A DNA stretch of 64,000 nt from an uncultured Candidatus Rokubacteria bacterium (GCA_963762145.1 CAVXJS010000015.1:192001-256000); one strand, 5' to 3'. Counted from the first letter of the stretch, positions 20,247-30,253 are shown. Numbers and translations: made by a program. The notes: generated by a model from the letters alone, not told the origin.

Positions 20247-22074
20247 GCCGCCTCAGCCGGCGCGTCTTCGGCTACATCTGGCCCCACCGTGGTGGCATGC
20301 TCTGGGCGCTGGCCCAGGTGTGCCTGATCAGCGCGCTCGAGCTGCTCAAGCCCTGGCCGCTCAAGCTGATCATCGACTCGGTTCTCGGCGGCGCGCCCCT
20401 GCCCTGGGAGCTGGCGGCGGGCCTGGGCACGGGCGCGATGCTCCTGGGCGCCTGCGCGGCCCTGGTGGTGATCTACGCGGCGCTCGGGGCGGCCAACGTG
20501 TGGGCCAACATCACCACCATCCGCATCGGGCAGCGGATGGTGCGCGACCTGCGCAGCGATCTCTACGCCCATCTTCACCGGCTCTCGATGGCCTTCCACA
20601 GCCGGGCCCAGGCGGGCGACCTGCTCTACCGGGTGACCGCGGACACCTTCGCGCTCCAGGCGCTCACCATGAACTGCCTGTTCCCGGCGGCCAGCGCGCT
20701 CATCCTGCTGATCGGGATGTCGGCGGTCATGGTGCACCTCGACGCCGAGCTCACCCTGCTGGCCCTGGGCGTGTGCCCGCTGCTGCTGCTCGCCATCGGC
20801 CGCCTGAACCGCCGGATCAGCGCGGCGGCGGGCGAGATGCGGGAGCGCGAGAGCGAGGTCCTCGGCGTGGTGCAGCGGGCGATGGGCGCGATGCGGGTCA
20901 TCCAGGCGTTCACCCGGGAGGAGGACGAGCACCGCCGGTTCATGACCGCGAGCGAGCGGAGCCTCGCCGCCGGGCTCCGGCTCTACACCCTGCAGACGTT
21001 CTACTCGGGGGTGGTCAATCTGGTCATCGCCCTCGGCACCGCGGCGGTGGTGTGGATGGGCGCCCGTCACGTGCTCGACAGCACGCTGACGGTGGGGAGC
21101 CTGGTCGTGTTCATCAGCTACCTCGCGGCGCTCTACGGGCCGATCAACGACATGTTCCAGGTCTACGGCCTCGCGCTCAGAGCGCGCGCGTCGGCGTGCG
21201 GTCGCGTGCTCGACGTGCTCGACGTGGAGCGCGACCTGCCGGACGGCGACCGGGCCTTCCCCGCGGAGGGCGCGCGCGGCGAAGTGGCCTGGGAGGGCGT
21301 GGACTTCCAGTACGCGACCGGGCGGCCCGCTCATCCGTGACGTGACCCTGCGCGTGGCGCCCGGCCAGCGCGTGGCGGTGGTCGGACCGACCGGCGCCGG
21401 CAAGTCCACGCTCCTGAGCCTGCTGCCCCGCTTCTACGATCCGACCCGCGGCCGCGTACTGGTGGACGGCCGGGACGTCCGGGAGTACCGGCTCGCCTCG
21501 CTGCGCCGCCAGATCGCCATGGTGCTCGCAGCCGCCGCTGCTCTTCCCGGTGAGCCTGCGCGAGAACATCGCCTTCGGCCGGCCCGACGCCCGGATGGAG
21601 GAGATCATCGCCGCGGCCAAGGCCGCCCGCATCCACGAGATGATCGCGCAGCTGCCCCGGGGGTACGATACGAACGTGGCCGAGCAGGGTGTCACGCTCT
21701 CGGAAGGCGAGAAGCAGCGGCTGACCATCGCCCGCGCCATCCTGCGCGACTCGCCGATCCTGATCCTGGACGAGCCGACCTCGGCGCTCGACCCCGAGAC
21801 GGAGGCCCTCGTGATGGTGGCGCTGGAGCGCCTGCAGACCGGTCGCACGACGTTCATCATCGCGCACCGGCTCTCGACGGTGCGCACCGCCGACCTGATC
21901 GTGGTGATCAAGGACGGCCGGATCGTCGAGCAGGGGACGCTCGCCGAGCTGGTGGCGCTCAGGGGCGCGTTCGCGACGATGTACGGAGGGCCGGAGACCC
22001 AGCGGACAGGAGGATCCCGTTGGCCGCTCGTAAGCGTCTCGTGGTCCTGCACCTGGCCGGTCGCTATCCCCTAG
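20243..22074 (+). CDS. ABC exporter (permease + ATPase, MsbA-like, LLKPWP subfamily), frameshifted near 21175-21200, 21335 and 21530
   Basis: [12 protein letters not shown] start, GPTGAGKST Walker A, LSEGEKQR signature, [17 protein letters not shown]. Confidence 0.88.
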
Positions 22075-23183
22075 GGGGAATCGGCTGGCAGGCGGCGCAG
22101 TACGTGCTGGGCCTCACCCGGCTCGGCCACGACGTCTACTATGTCGAGGACTCGCGGGCCCATCCCTACGACCCCCGGGTCAAGAGCGTGGTGGCGGACT
22201 CGAGCTACAGCGTGGCCTTCCTGGCCGACGCGATGGCCCGCTTCGGCCTCGCCGAGCGCTGGGCCTACGTGGACGGCGTGACCGGCAACTGCCATGGGCT
22301 GTCACGGGAGCGGCTCCGGACCCTCTACCGGGAAGCGGACGGCCTCCTGAACGTCTGCGGCGCCACGCAGCTCAACGAAGAGCACCTCCGGTGCCCGGTG
22401 CGTATCTACGTCGAGACCGATCCCGTCTTCGAGCAGATCCGGGTCGCCGAGGGCGATCGCCCGGCCATCGAGGCCCTCGCCGAGCACACGCACCACTTCA
22501 CCTACGGGGAAAACCTGGGCCAGCCCGACTGCCCTATCCCGCTCGACAAGTTCGCCTGGCGGAAGACCCGGCCGCCCGTGGTTCCCGACCTGTGGGATGC
22601 CACGGTCAACCCGGCCGCCGAGCGGTTCACGACCGTGGCCACCTGGAAAAACGTTGGCAAGGACATCCGGTTCCGGGGCGAGACCTACTACTGGTCCAAG
22701 CACATGAACTTCCTCCGGATGGCCGATCTGCCGAGCCGGACCCGCCAACCGCTGGAGCTGGCCCTCGAGGTCGAAGACGAGGCCACGCAGGATTTGCTCG
22801 CCCGGAACGGCTGGCTGATCACGAACGCGTTCGACGCCTCCCGGGATGTCGCTGCCTATCAGCGCTACATCGAGCGCTCCCGAGGGGAGTTCACGGTGTC
22901 CAAGGACCTCGTGGCCCGGACGCGGAGCGGGTGGTTCAGCGACCGTAGCGCCTGCTACCTCGCGGCGGGTAAGCCGGTCGTCACTCAGGACACGGGCTTT
23001 GGCAAGTTCATGCCCACCGGCGTGGGGCTGCTCGCATTCGACACGGTGGACGAGGCCGCGGCCGCCCTCGATGAGGTGAACCGCGACTACCCGCGGCACT
23101 GTCGGGCCGCCCGCGAAATCGCCGTGGAAACCTTCGGCGCCGAGCGGGTGCTGAGTCGACTGTGCCGGGAGGCCGATCTGTAA
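22020..23183 (+). CDS. Putative GT-B fold glycosyltransferase (TTG start)
   Basis: [28 protein letters not shown]-terminus; [24 protein letters not shown] donor-binding-like C-terminus. Confidence 0.75.
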   Translation: MAARKRLVVLHLAGRYPLGGIGWQAAQYVLGLTRLGHDVYYVEDSRAHPYDPRVKSVVADSSYSVAFLADAMARFGLAERWAYVDGVTGNCHGLSRERLRTLYREADGLLNVCGATQLNEEHLRCPVRIYVETDPVFEQIRVAEGDRPAIEALAEHTHHFTYGENLGQPDCPIPLDKFAWRKTRPPVVPDLWDATVNPAAERFTTVATWKNVGKDIRFRGETYYWSKHMNFLRMADLPSRTRQPLELALEVEDEATQDLLARNGWLITNAFDASRDVAAYQRYIERSRGEFTVSKDLVARTRSGWFSDRSACYLAAGKPVVTQDTGFGKFMPTGVGLLAFDTVDEAAAALDEVNRDYPRHCRAAREIAVETFGAERVLSRLCREADL

Positions 23184-23295
23184 GTATTTTCCCCTTGAAG
23201 ATCAATAGGTCAGAAAGCACTTGGCAACCTGCGTCACCCTATGCTACAAGGGCGAAGGCTGGGCAATTGGCGTCGACTTCCGGAGGGGGACCCAT

Positions 23296-23925
23296 TTGGA
23301 CGCGGCACTGGAGAAAAGGCAGGTCAAGCGGGCCTATAAGCTCTACGCCCCCGCCTATGACTTCGTCTTCGACTGGATCTTTCATCCCGGTCGCGAAGCC
23401 GCCATCCGTCTGCTCGCCATCAAGCCGGGAGACAACGTTCTCGAGGTCGGTATCGGCACGGGGCTGAATCTTCCCCTCTACCCGACCAACTGCCGGCTGA
23501 CCGGCATCGATCTCTCCGAGGAGATGCTGGAGAAGGCGCAGGACAAGGTGGTCGAGCTGGGGCTGGGCAACGTCACGCTCAAGACCATGGACGCCACCGT
23601 GATGGACTTTGGCCCGGGCGAGTTCGACTCGGTGGTCGCCACCTACACGATCAGCGCCGTGCCCGATCCGGTGGGCGTCCTGCGTGAGATGAAGCGCGTG
23701 GTGAAGCCAGGGGGCAATATCGTGCTCCTGAATCACTTCCGGAGCGAGCGCCCGGTGATCGGGCGCCTGGAGGATCTGGTCGCTCCCGTGTGCACGAGGC
23801 TCGGGTGGAAGTCGAACCTTCCACTCGAGCCCCTGCTCCAACAGGTGGGCCTCATCCCCGAGATCACCACCAAGGTCAATCTGTTCAACGGGTGGCGCCT
23901 GATCAAGTGCGTCAACCCTAAGTAA
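23296..23925 (+). CDS. pmtA: Class I SAM methyltransferase, phosphatidylethanolamine N-methyltransferase (PmtA-like)
   Basis: RAYKLYAPAYDFVF, VLEVGIGTGLNLPLY, GIDLSEEML, LNHF; GGAGG RBS before TTG. Confidence 0.75.
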   Translation: MDAALEKRQVKRAYKLYAPAYDFVFDWIFHPGREAAIRLLAIKPGDNVLEVGIGTGLNLPLYPTNCRLTGIDLSEEMLEKAQDKVVELGLGNVTLKTMDATVMDFGPGEFDSVVATYTISAVPDPVGVLREMKRVVKPGGNIVLLNHFRSERPVIGRLEDLVAPVCTRLGWKSNLPLEPLLQQVGLIPEITTKVNLFNGWRLIKCVNPK

Positions 23926-23938
23926 CGACTCGCCGCCG

Positions 23939-24415
23939 CTACTGCTCCGGACTCTCCAGCTCCTGCCAGCCGCGTCGCAGCACGACGATCTTCTGGACCT
24001 GCCCGGAGCGGGCCTCCACCCGGATCACGTCTCCAGGCTTGAGGAAGGCCAGGCTGGCATCCTGCGTCTCCTCGGTGACCACCCGGGCCTCCTTGTCCAC
24101 TTCCGACACGCTCACCTGGCCGGTGCCCGTGAGCGACAGGACACGCCGAGCGGCGGGATCGACGTTGAGGACGGTGTGCCGGCCGGCTTGGAGGGCGCCC
24201 GTCAGCTGGGAGGGGCTGGGGCCCGGCTCCTCACGGAACTCCAGCTCCGCGACGGACACCGGCGCCGAGTCCGGCATACCGTGTGGCGTCCCCGGGACCA
24301 CCGTGGGCGAGAGGTCGACGCGGACTCGCTCGCTCACGACCTCGAGGGCAGCGACCCCCAGGACACAGGCGGCGATCACGCTACCAACCAGGACCCGGAC
24401 TGTCATCGTGCTCAT
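23939..24415 (-). CDS. Hypothetical exported protein with small beta-barrel-like C-terminus
   Basis: GAGGA RBS, N-terminal hydrophobic helix, LKPGDVIRVE motif, sigma54 promoter directly upstream. Confidence 0.65.
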   Translation of the reverse strand: MSTMTVRVLVGSVIAACVLGVAALEVVSERVRVDLSPTVVPGTPHGMPDSAPVSVAELEFREEPGPSPSQLTGALQAGRHTVLNVDPAARRVLSLTGTGQVSVSEVDKEARVVTEETQDASLAFLKPGDVIRVEARSGQVQKIVVLRRGWQELESPEQ

Positions 24416-24442
24416 GGCGTGTCCTCCTCTGCTCGGAGGATC

Positions 24443-24458
24443 AGCATCACGAGTGCCA
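24443..24458 (-). promoter_or_regulatory. sigma54 -24/-12 promoter
   Basis: Minus strand TGGCAC-TCGTG-ATGCT, about 28 nt upstream of the ATG at 24415. Confidence 0.7.
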
Positions 24459-24625
24459 CGAGATAACTAGCTGAAGTTACTGTTCATCCGGCCCTCGATC
24501 CCGATCCGAATGGGCAAGCTGCCTGAAGCGCCGCCGGAGGAATGCCCGAAGCCGGGCTTGCGCTCGGTCAGTCGCCTTCCGATCATGGGCCGGTGACCAA
24601 CACTCGCCGGCCCGGCACTTCGTAG

Positions 24626-25642
24626 TTGAGCGCGACCGGGCGACTCGTCCTCGCCGGTCTCCTTGCGCTCCCCTTCTTCGCGAGCGCGTGGGCGCTGGCG
24701 TTGACCACGGCGTTCCTCGCCGAGTTTCTGGGCCAGGGACGCTGGCAACCACTCTCGAGGCTCACCGCCGAGCCCGTCACGCGCGCCCTCCCCGCCGCGA
24801 CTGGCGCGCGCCCGGTCCCGATCGATCTGTACGTCCGCGCCGCGCTGCGGCGTCCACCGGGCCTCGTCCTCGTGCACGGCCTCTCGGCCGAGGGGAAGGA
24901 CGACCTGCGCCTGCGCGACGCGGCCCGGCTGCTCGCGCGCGGGGGCTGGGCGGTGGCGGTCCCGACGGTCGAGGGTCTGACCGTGCTGCGACTCCGACCG
25001 GAGGCCGCGGCGGCCGTCCACGCGAGCGTGGAGGCGCTTGATGCGGCCGGATACCGGCCGGTGGCCTTGCTCGGCATCAGCCTGGGCGCGGGGCCAGCGC
25101 TTCTCGCCGCGTCGGACCCGTCGCTGGCCTCCCGGCTCTCCGCCGTCCTGGCGCTGGGCGGGTATGCCTCCGCGGTGGAGCTGCTGCGCTACACGCTGAC
25201 CGGTGCTTACGCGTTCGGCGAGGTGGCCGGCCGGACCACCGGAGTGCTGGAGCCGGCCATCGCCCAGTTCGCGCGGGCCAACCCCGAGCTGCTCGACGAG
25301 GCGGGGCGACGCCTCGTGGACAATCGCGACCCGGCGTCGGTGGACGAGCGGGTCCGGGCCCTGCCCCGGGGCACCCGAGACCTGCTGGAGGCACTGTCCC
25401 CCGGACCGAGAATCGGGAGCCTCCGCGCCCCGCTCTTCCTGATCCACGGCCGGCAGGACCCGGCGGTGCCGTTCACGGAAAGCCTGCGGCTCGAGGCCGC
25501 CGCGCGGGCGGCGGGGCGGCCGGTGCGGACCGCGATCGTGGGGGCGGTCGGCCACGTCGAGGCCGACGCGCGCGCCGGGCTGGCGGACCTGCTCCGGCTC
25601 TGGGCGACCTTCTACGCGTTCCGGCGTACCGCCGAGGACTAG
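24626..25642 (+). CDS. Alpha/beta hydrolase, membrane-anchored
   Basis: LVHG, GISLG nucleophile elbow, HGRQDPAVP, GHVE. Confidence 0.8.
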   Translation: MSATGRLVLAGLLALPFFASAWALALTTAFLAEFLGQGRWQPLSRLTAEPVTRALPAATGARPVPIDLYVRAALRRPPGLVLVHGLSAEGKDDLRLRDAARLLARGGWAVAVPTVEGLTVLRLRPEAAAAVHASVEALDAAGYRPVALLGISLGAGPALLAASDPSLASRLSAVLALGGYASAVELLRYTLTGAYAFGEVAGRTTGVLEPAIAQFARANPELLDEAGRRLVDNRDPASVDERVRALPRGTRDLLEALSPGPRIGSLRAPLFLIHGRQDPAVPFTESLRLEAAARAAGRPVRTAIVGAVGHVEADARAGLADLLRLWATFYAFRRTAED

Positions 25643-26527
25643 CTACTTCGGCGGGTTCAGGTTCATGAGCTGCATGGCGTCGCGCACCGGCTGGTAGTCC
25701 CGGTCGTCAGCCTCGACGAACCCGTCGATATCGTAGATCTGCTTCAGCAATGCTCCGTGCTGGGGCGCCTTGATGGCGAGGAGCGCGCGCTTGAGCCGGG
25801 CCACCGTCTCGTCGGGCACTCCCGGGCGCACGCAGATACCCGCCTCCGGGATCTCGGGCGTCTCCCCGACGTAGGCGATCTGAGCGATCAGCGCGGGATC
25901 CTTCAGGTGCAGCTCGGGCGCCTTGTCGAACGAAGCCGCCGCGTCCACCCGCCCGTGGAGCACCGCCTGGAGCGCGGCCTCGTGCGTCCCGCTGAAGAGT
26001 GCATCCTTGAAGAAGGTCTTCGGGTCGCGGTCGCGGACCAGGCCCTGCTTGATCAGCAGCACCATCGGATAGATGTAACCCGAGGACGACGCGGGATCCA
26101 CGAAGGCCACCGTCTTGCCGCGCAGGTCCTCGACGCGCCGGATGCCGCGGTCCTTGCGCACGTAGAACCGGGCGGTGTAGGCGGTCTTGCCGCCCCAGAC
26201 GTCACGCACCAGGATCCGGCAGCCCGCCTCACGATTCGCGAGGACGTATCCCACCGGATGCACGAAGGCGAGCTCCACCCGCCGGCTCCGGAGGGCCTCG
26301 ATCACCCCGGCGTAGTCCGAGGCCACGAGCGCCCGCACCGGCACGCCGGAGATCTCGGCCAGCGTCTTCGCAAAGGCGTCCCCCGCGTCCTTGAGCGCGG
26401 TCGGATCGCGCGACGGGGTGAAGACGAGGGTGAGCGGCGTGGACTGGGCCGTCACCGGAGCCGCATCGGCGATCCAGCCAAGCAGCACGACCGAGAGAGG
26501 GACGAGGACGCGAGCGAAAAATCGCAT
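25643..26527 (-). CDS. Phosphate/phosphite/phosphonate ABC substrate-binding protein (PhnD/PtxB family)
   Basis: SDYAGVIEALR, DLRGKTVAFVDPASSSGYIYP, GTHEA; signal peptide. Confidence 0.88.
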   Translation of the reverse strand: MRFFARVLVPLSVVLLGWIADAAPVTAQSTPLTLVFTPSRDPTALKDAGDAFAKTLAEISGVPVRALVASDYAGVIEALRSRRVELAFVHPVGYVLANREAGCRILVRDVWGGKTAYTARFYVRKDRGIRRVEDLRGKTVAFVDPASSSGYIYPMVLLIKQGLVRDRDPKTFFKDALFSGTHEAALQAVLHGRVDAAASFDKAPELHLKDPALIAQIAYVGETPEIPEAGICVRPGVPDETVARLKRALLAIKAPQHGALLKQIYDIDGFVEADDRDYQPVRDAMQLMNLNPPK

Positions 26528-26561
26528 GCGCGAAGACCCTACCATGCACCGTGCCGGCCCA

Positions 26562-26578
26562 AGGGTATTTCATACCCT
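26562..26578. promoter_or_regulatory. Palindromic putative enhancer (UAS)
   Basis: AGGGTA-TTTCA-TACCCT perfect inverted repeat about 120 bp upstream of a sigma54 site. Confidence 0.55.
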
Positions 26579-26690
26579 CCGGGGTGTTTCCTTCTTACAC
26601 GGTTACGGGATGCGGTCCCGACGGGCCGGGCGCGGTCGATGAGGCACAAGGCCTTGATTCCTGCGGGAACGGGAGACCTGTCCCGGCAGG

Positions 26691-26706
26691 TGGCATGCGT
26701 GATGCT
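26691..26706 (+). promoter_or_regulatory. sigma54 -24/-12 promoter for the polysaccharide export gene
   Basis: TGGCAT-GCGTG-ATGCT, about 26 nt before the ATG at 26733. Confidence 0.7.
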
Positions 26707-26732
26707 GAATCCGGCCGAAGGGAGGGAGTGCC

Positions 26733-27701
26733 ATGAAGCGACTTGCGTGGTGGTCGGCCCTGGTCATCGTGGTCCTGCTGGCGGTCCCGAGCGCGATGGC
26801 GCAGACCCAGCCGGCGCCGCCGCAGACGCAGCCGAAGCAGCCTCCGGCGCAACCCCAACCGACGCAGAGCCAGCCGGCTCAACCCCAGCCACAGACCCAG
26901 CCGGTGCCGCAGGCCCAGCCGGCGCCGATGCAGCCGGCCGCAACTCTGCCGATTCCAGCGGGGGCGGACTACATCATCGGCGCCGAGGACGTCCTCGACA
27001 TCCAGGTCTGGGGCAGCAAGGACCTGAATCAGACCGTGTTCGTCCGCCCGGACGGGCGACTGTCCCTGCCCCTCGTGGGCGAGATCGCGGTGGCGGGGAA
27101 GACCGTCCAGCAGGTGCAGGATCACCTCCTGTCCGTCTACGAGAAGACCGTCAAGGGCGCCGTGGTCACCGTCATCGTCAAGGAGATCAAGAGCCGACCG
27201 GTGTACTTCGTCGGCGGCTTCGGGAAGCCCGGCGTGATGCAGCTCACCGGCGACCTGACGCTGCTGCAGGGCATCTCCATGATGGGCGGTGTCGTGCCGG
27301 AGGCGGACGGCGAGAAGGGATTTCTCCTGAGGCGTGACAAGAAGGTTCCCATCGACTTCAACCGCCTGGCGCAGCGAGGTGACCTGAGCCAGAATCCCAA
27401 GCTCGAGCCGGGGGATTCGGTCGTGGTCCCGCTCGCGGAGGCGGTGTACGTGAACGGCGAGGTCAAGAAGCCCGGCGCCGTCAAGTACGAGGGAGATCTC
27501 ACGCTCCTGAGGGCGCTCACCCAGGCCGGTGGGCTCACTCCGCTCGCGGCCGGGAGCCGCGTGGACATCATCCGTGGCGGCCCCGAGAAGAAGGATCGAA
27601 TCCGGGTCGACGTCGATCGGATCATGCGATCTCCAGAGGGCAATCAGGACGTCCGGCTGCAGCCGAACGACATCATCACGGTTCCGCAGCGACGCTTCTA
27701 G
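26733..27701 (+). CDS. Polysaccharide export protein (Wza/OPX-like: Poly_export + two SLBB) with a Gln/Pro-rich N-terminal linker
   Basis: YIIGAEDVLDIQVW, VRPDGRLSLPLVGEI, GEVKKPG, LQPNDIITVP. Confidence 0.9.
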   Translation: MKRLAWWSALVIVVLLAVPSAMAQTQPAPPQTQPKQPPAQPQPTQSQPAQPQPQTQPVPQAQPAPMQPAATLPIPAGADYIIGAEDVLDIQVWGSKDLNQTVFVRPDGRLSLPLVGEIAVAGKTVQQVQDHLLSVYEKTVKGAVVTVIVKEIKSRPVYFVGGFGKPGVMQLTGDLTLLQGISMMGGVVPEADGEKGFLLRRDKKVPIDFNRLAQRGDLSQNPKLEPGDSVVVPLAEAVYVNGEVKKPGAVKYEGDLTLLRALTQAGGLTPLAAGSRVDIIRGGPEKKDRIRVDVDRIMRSPEGNQDVRLQPNDIITVPQRRF

Positions 27702-27801
27702 CGCGATCGGCCCGCCCGAATTTTCCCCCGCTGGGGCGCTCCCCTGGTTAGAGTGTGCTCACTCGATAGAGCGCACTGCACCGCTCACAAGGAGGACTGC
27801 G

Positions 27802-28194
27802 ATGCCCAGGACGACCCAGCTCACGCTCAGTCTCGTGTCGCGACCCGGCACGCTCGCCACGCTGGCCCGAACCCTCGCCGACGCCGGCGTCAACATCGTG
27901 GCCCTGAGCGCCGCCGAGGTCACCGGCCGCGGCAAGATCCGGCTCGTGGTCAAGAACCCGGTGCAGGCCAAGCGCGCGCTCCGCAAGGCCAGGTATCGGT
28001 TCACCGAGGAAACGGCGTGGGCGCTGCGGCTGCGGAACAAGCCGGGCGTGCTCGCCCGGGTCGCGGCCCGGCTCGCCAAGGAGCGGATCAATGTGCGGTC
28101 GATCTATGCCACCACCGCGGGCCGGGGCGCCGCGGTGGCCGTCGTGACCGTGGGAGGCAACCCGGCCAAGGCGCGCAAGGTCCTGGGCCGCTGA
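27802..28194 (+). CDS. Tandem ACT-domain protein
   Basis: SRPGTLA..LADAGVNI and NKPGVLA..LAKERINV repeats; AGGAGG RBS. Confidence 0.88.
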   Translation: MPRTTQLTLSLVSRPGTLATLARTLADAGVNIVALSAAEVTGRGKIRLVVKNPVQAKRALRKARYRFTEETAWALRLRNKPGVLARVAARLAKERINVRSIYATTAGRGAAVAVVTVGGNPAKARKVLGR

Positions 28195-28199
28195 ACCCG

Positions 28200-28231
28200 C
28201 CGGCCCGGCCCGCACGGGGTCCGGGCCGGGG
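28200..28231. terminator. GC-rich hairpin between convergent genes
   Basis: CCGGCCCGG...CCGGGCCGG inverted repeat between the stops at 28194 and 28233; no U-tract. Confidence 0.4.
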
Positions 28232-28232
28232 C

Positions 28233-28448
28233 CTACCGCAGCACGTACATGAGGCCCTCCGCGCCGCACCGGCAACGGCCGGGCGCGAACGGGGGCCGCC
28301 GCTCGCCAAGATCGTCCAGGATCCGGGTCAGCGCGCTGCCGGGTTGCAGGGCCAGATCCCGGGCCAGGCACGCCGCGCACTGCGCCTCCCCGGGGTGGTC
28401 CCGCAGGTGCTGCCGCACGATGCTCTCGGTCAGGTCGTCGTCTGCCAT
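28233..28448 (-). CDS. Small hypothetical protein with CxxC...CxC (possible zinc binder)
   Basis: MADDDLTESIVRQHL...QCAACLA...GRCRCG; core-like codon usage. Confidence 0.6.
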   Translation of the reverse strand: MADDDLTESIVRQHLRDHPGEAQCAACLARDLALQPGSALTRILDDLGERRPPFAPGRCRCGAEGLMYVLR

Positions 28449-28526
28449 GCTAGGCAGCCTAGCAGATGATGCCCGCGGATCACGCGGGTTCGCTGCCGGG
28501 CTCGACCGCTGCCGTCTGGGCGCGAC

Positions 28527-28548
28527 CCTGGGTACGTGCTTACCCAGG
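28527..28548. promoter_or_regulatory. Palindromic putative enhancer (UAS)
   Basis: CCTGGGTA-CGTGCT-TACCCAGG perfect 8-bp inverted repeat about 115 bp upstream of a sigma54-like site. Confidence 0.5.
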
Positions 28549-28652
28549 TGAGTGCCGTCCGGACAGATGTGCCCCCCGCAGTTCCCGCGCAGCCTTTGCA
28601 GCACGCCCGTAGGGCACTGACCTCGCAACGAAAACACGTGGCAGCAGCCTCA

Positions 28653-28668
28653 TGGCACACCTTTCGCT
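28653..28668 (+). promoter_or_regulatory. sigma54 -24/-12 promoter for the pseudokinase operon
   Basis: TGGCAC-ACCTT-TCGCT with correct GG/GC spacing. Confidence 0.6.
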
Positions 28669-28808
28669 CTGCCGGACGTGGGTACCAGAGTTGCCATGAG
28701 TCACGACTGGACACCAAGACAGGGAGGACAGCTGGAAAGTCAGCTTGCCGCGCCTCGCGGTTCAGGCTCGATTGGCCCGCCCCTGAGCACCACCGTGCGT
28801 CCCCGAGC

Positions 28809-30218
28809 TTGGCCAGGAAACTCCGGGCGCTCAAGATTACGGTGCTCTTGGCAATTCTCCAGACCGCTCTGGTCGCCGGCCTCTGGTGGCTGAGTGAGGA
28901 GTGGCTGACGCCGAGGATGCCCACCAGCATCGAGCACGTCGCAGATCTCTACGCCGCGGCCGCCGGCCGATTCATGGTCGCGACCGACCAGAGAGCCCTC
29001 GACATTCTCGTCAAACAGGGCGCGGCATGGCCGATGATCACATCCGTCGGCGTCGAGGACGCTCGCGGAACCGTGCTCGCCCACACCGATCCGGCACGGG
29101 TCGGTCGCATCGGGAACGAGGCGACGACGAGCGGGCTCGCGTCAACTCCGGGCGGCCCGCTTCGCGAGATCACGGTGCTCATCCTGAACCCCGATCAGAA
29201 GATCGGCCCGCCGGTCGGCCGGATTCGCCTTGGCTATCGCACCCTCGCTGAGGGGACGATCGTACCCAGCACGCTTGCTCAGGGGTCCGTGGTGTTGTTT
29301 CTCGTGGCCACCGTGGTCGCCACCATTCCCCTCGGCTGGCTGGTCATCGGACTCGCCAAGCCGCTTGGGCGTCGGCCCGAGGCATCGGGCTCGCCGCTCG
29401 AGACACTGGCCCGGGTCGCGTGGACCAATCAGGGACAGGCCGCGACCGAGGTGCGGAACTTGAAGGTCGTGCTGGCCGAGCGAGACGCTCAGATCGCACG
29501 ACTCACGGAGGCCGTGGAGCACACGGCTCGGTCGAGATCGACCGACCCTTCCCATCAGCGTGCCATCCTTTCCGTCACGCAGGCGGTCCGGACCTCCCTC
29601 AGCAACATCCTCGGCTTCTCGAAGCTACTCTTGCGAGAGCTCGACGGCAGGTTGACCGAGGCGCAAACCGCGGATGTGCGGAACATCCAGCGGGCGGGCG
29701 CCGAGCTGCTCTCCTTCGTCACCGCGATATCCGAGCTCAACCGGGCCGCAGCAGGACAGATCCTCATCCAACCCGAGGCGATGGACGTCCAGACCCTACT
29801 GGACGAGCTCGCCGCGGAGTATGGATCGGCCCACTCGCTGGACATCAAGGTGGAGTGTCCGACCGGGTTGCCGATGGTGAGGACGGACCGAGGCCACCTG
29901 GGGCAGATCCTTCACACATTGATCATGCAGGCGACGCTGCCGAACGGGAATCACGGCGAGGTCGTGCTGCGGGCGCGGCCGAACGGCGAGATGGTCAGCA
30001 TCTCCGTCGCCCATCCGGGCCGGATCGTTTCTGACGATGACCTGGCGACGATGTTCGACCCGCACAGTTCGAGGGAACCGAACACCGGACGCATCGGCCT
30101 GACCCTGGCTCGGTCACTCGCCATCCTCAACGCGGGTAGCCTCGCAGTCGAAAGCGAGCCGGACATCGGTGTTGTCTTCACACTCACAGTCCCCACGGAA
30201 CCCGCGCACGCCGAGTAG
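28809..30218 (+). CDS. Degenerate membrane sensor histidine kinase (pseudokinase); start codon uncertain
   Basis: 2 TM with a periplasmic domain; H-box reads VTQAVRTSLSNILGFS (His replaced by Gln); N, G1 and G2 boxes degenerate (HTLIMQA, HPGRIV, RIGLTL). Confidence 0.75.
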   Translation: MARKLRALKITVLLAILQTALVAGLWWLSEEWLTPRMPTSIEHVADLYAAAAGRFMVATDQRALDILVKQGAAWPMITSVGVEDARGTVLAHTDPARVGRIGNEATTSGLASTPGGPLREITVLILNPDQKIGPPVGRIRLGYRTLAEGTIVPSTLAQGSVVLFLVATVVATIPLGWLVIGLAKPLGRRPEASGSPLETLARVAWTNQGQAATEVRNLKVVLAERDAQIARLTEAVEHTARSRSTDPSHQRAILSVTQAVRTSLSNILGFSKLLLRELDGRLTEAQTADVRNIQRAGAELLSFVTAISELNRAAAGQILIQPEAMDVQTLLDELAAEYGSAHSLDIKVECPTGLPMVRTDRGHLGQILHTLIMQATLPNGNHGEVVLRARPNGEMVSISVAHPGRIVSDDDLATMFDPHSSREPNTGRIGLTLARSLAILNAGSLAVESEPDIGVVFTLTVPTEPAHAE

Positions 30219-30253
30219 CCTGATCGGCCACGGGCAAGGGAAGAGGGAGCATC

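Noticed and set aside
26800-26940. CAGCC-rich short repeats as a possible CRISPR or VNTR
   Set aside because: Imperfect codon-level repeats encoding a Gln/Pro linker; no repeat-spacer structure
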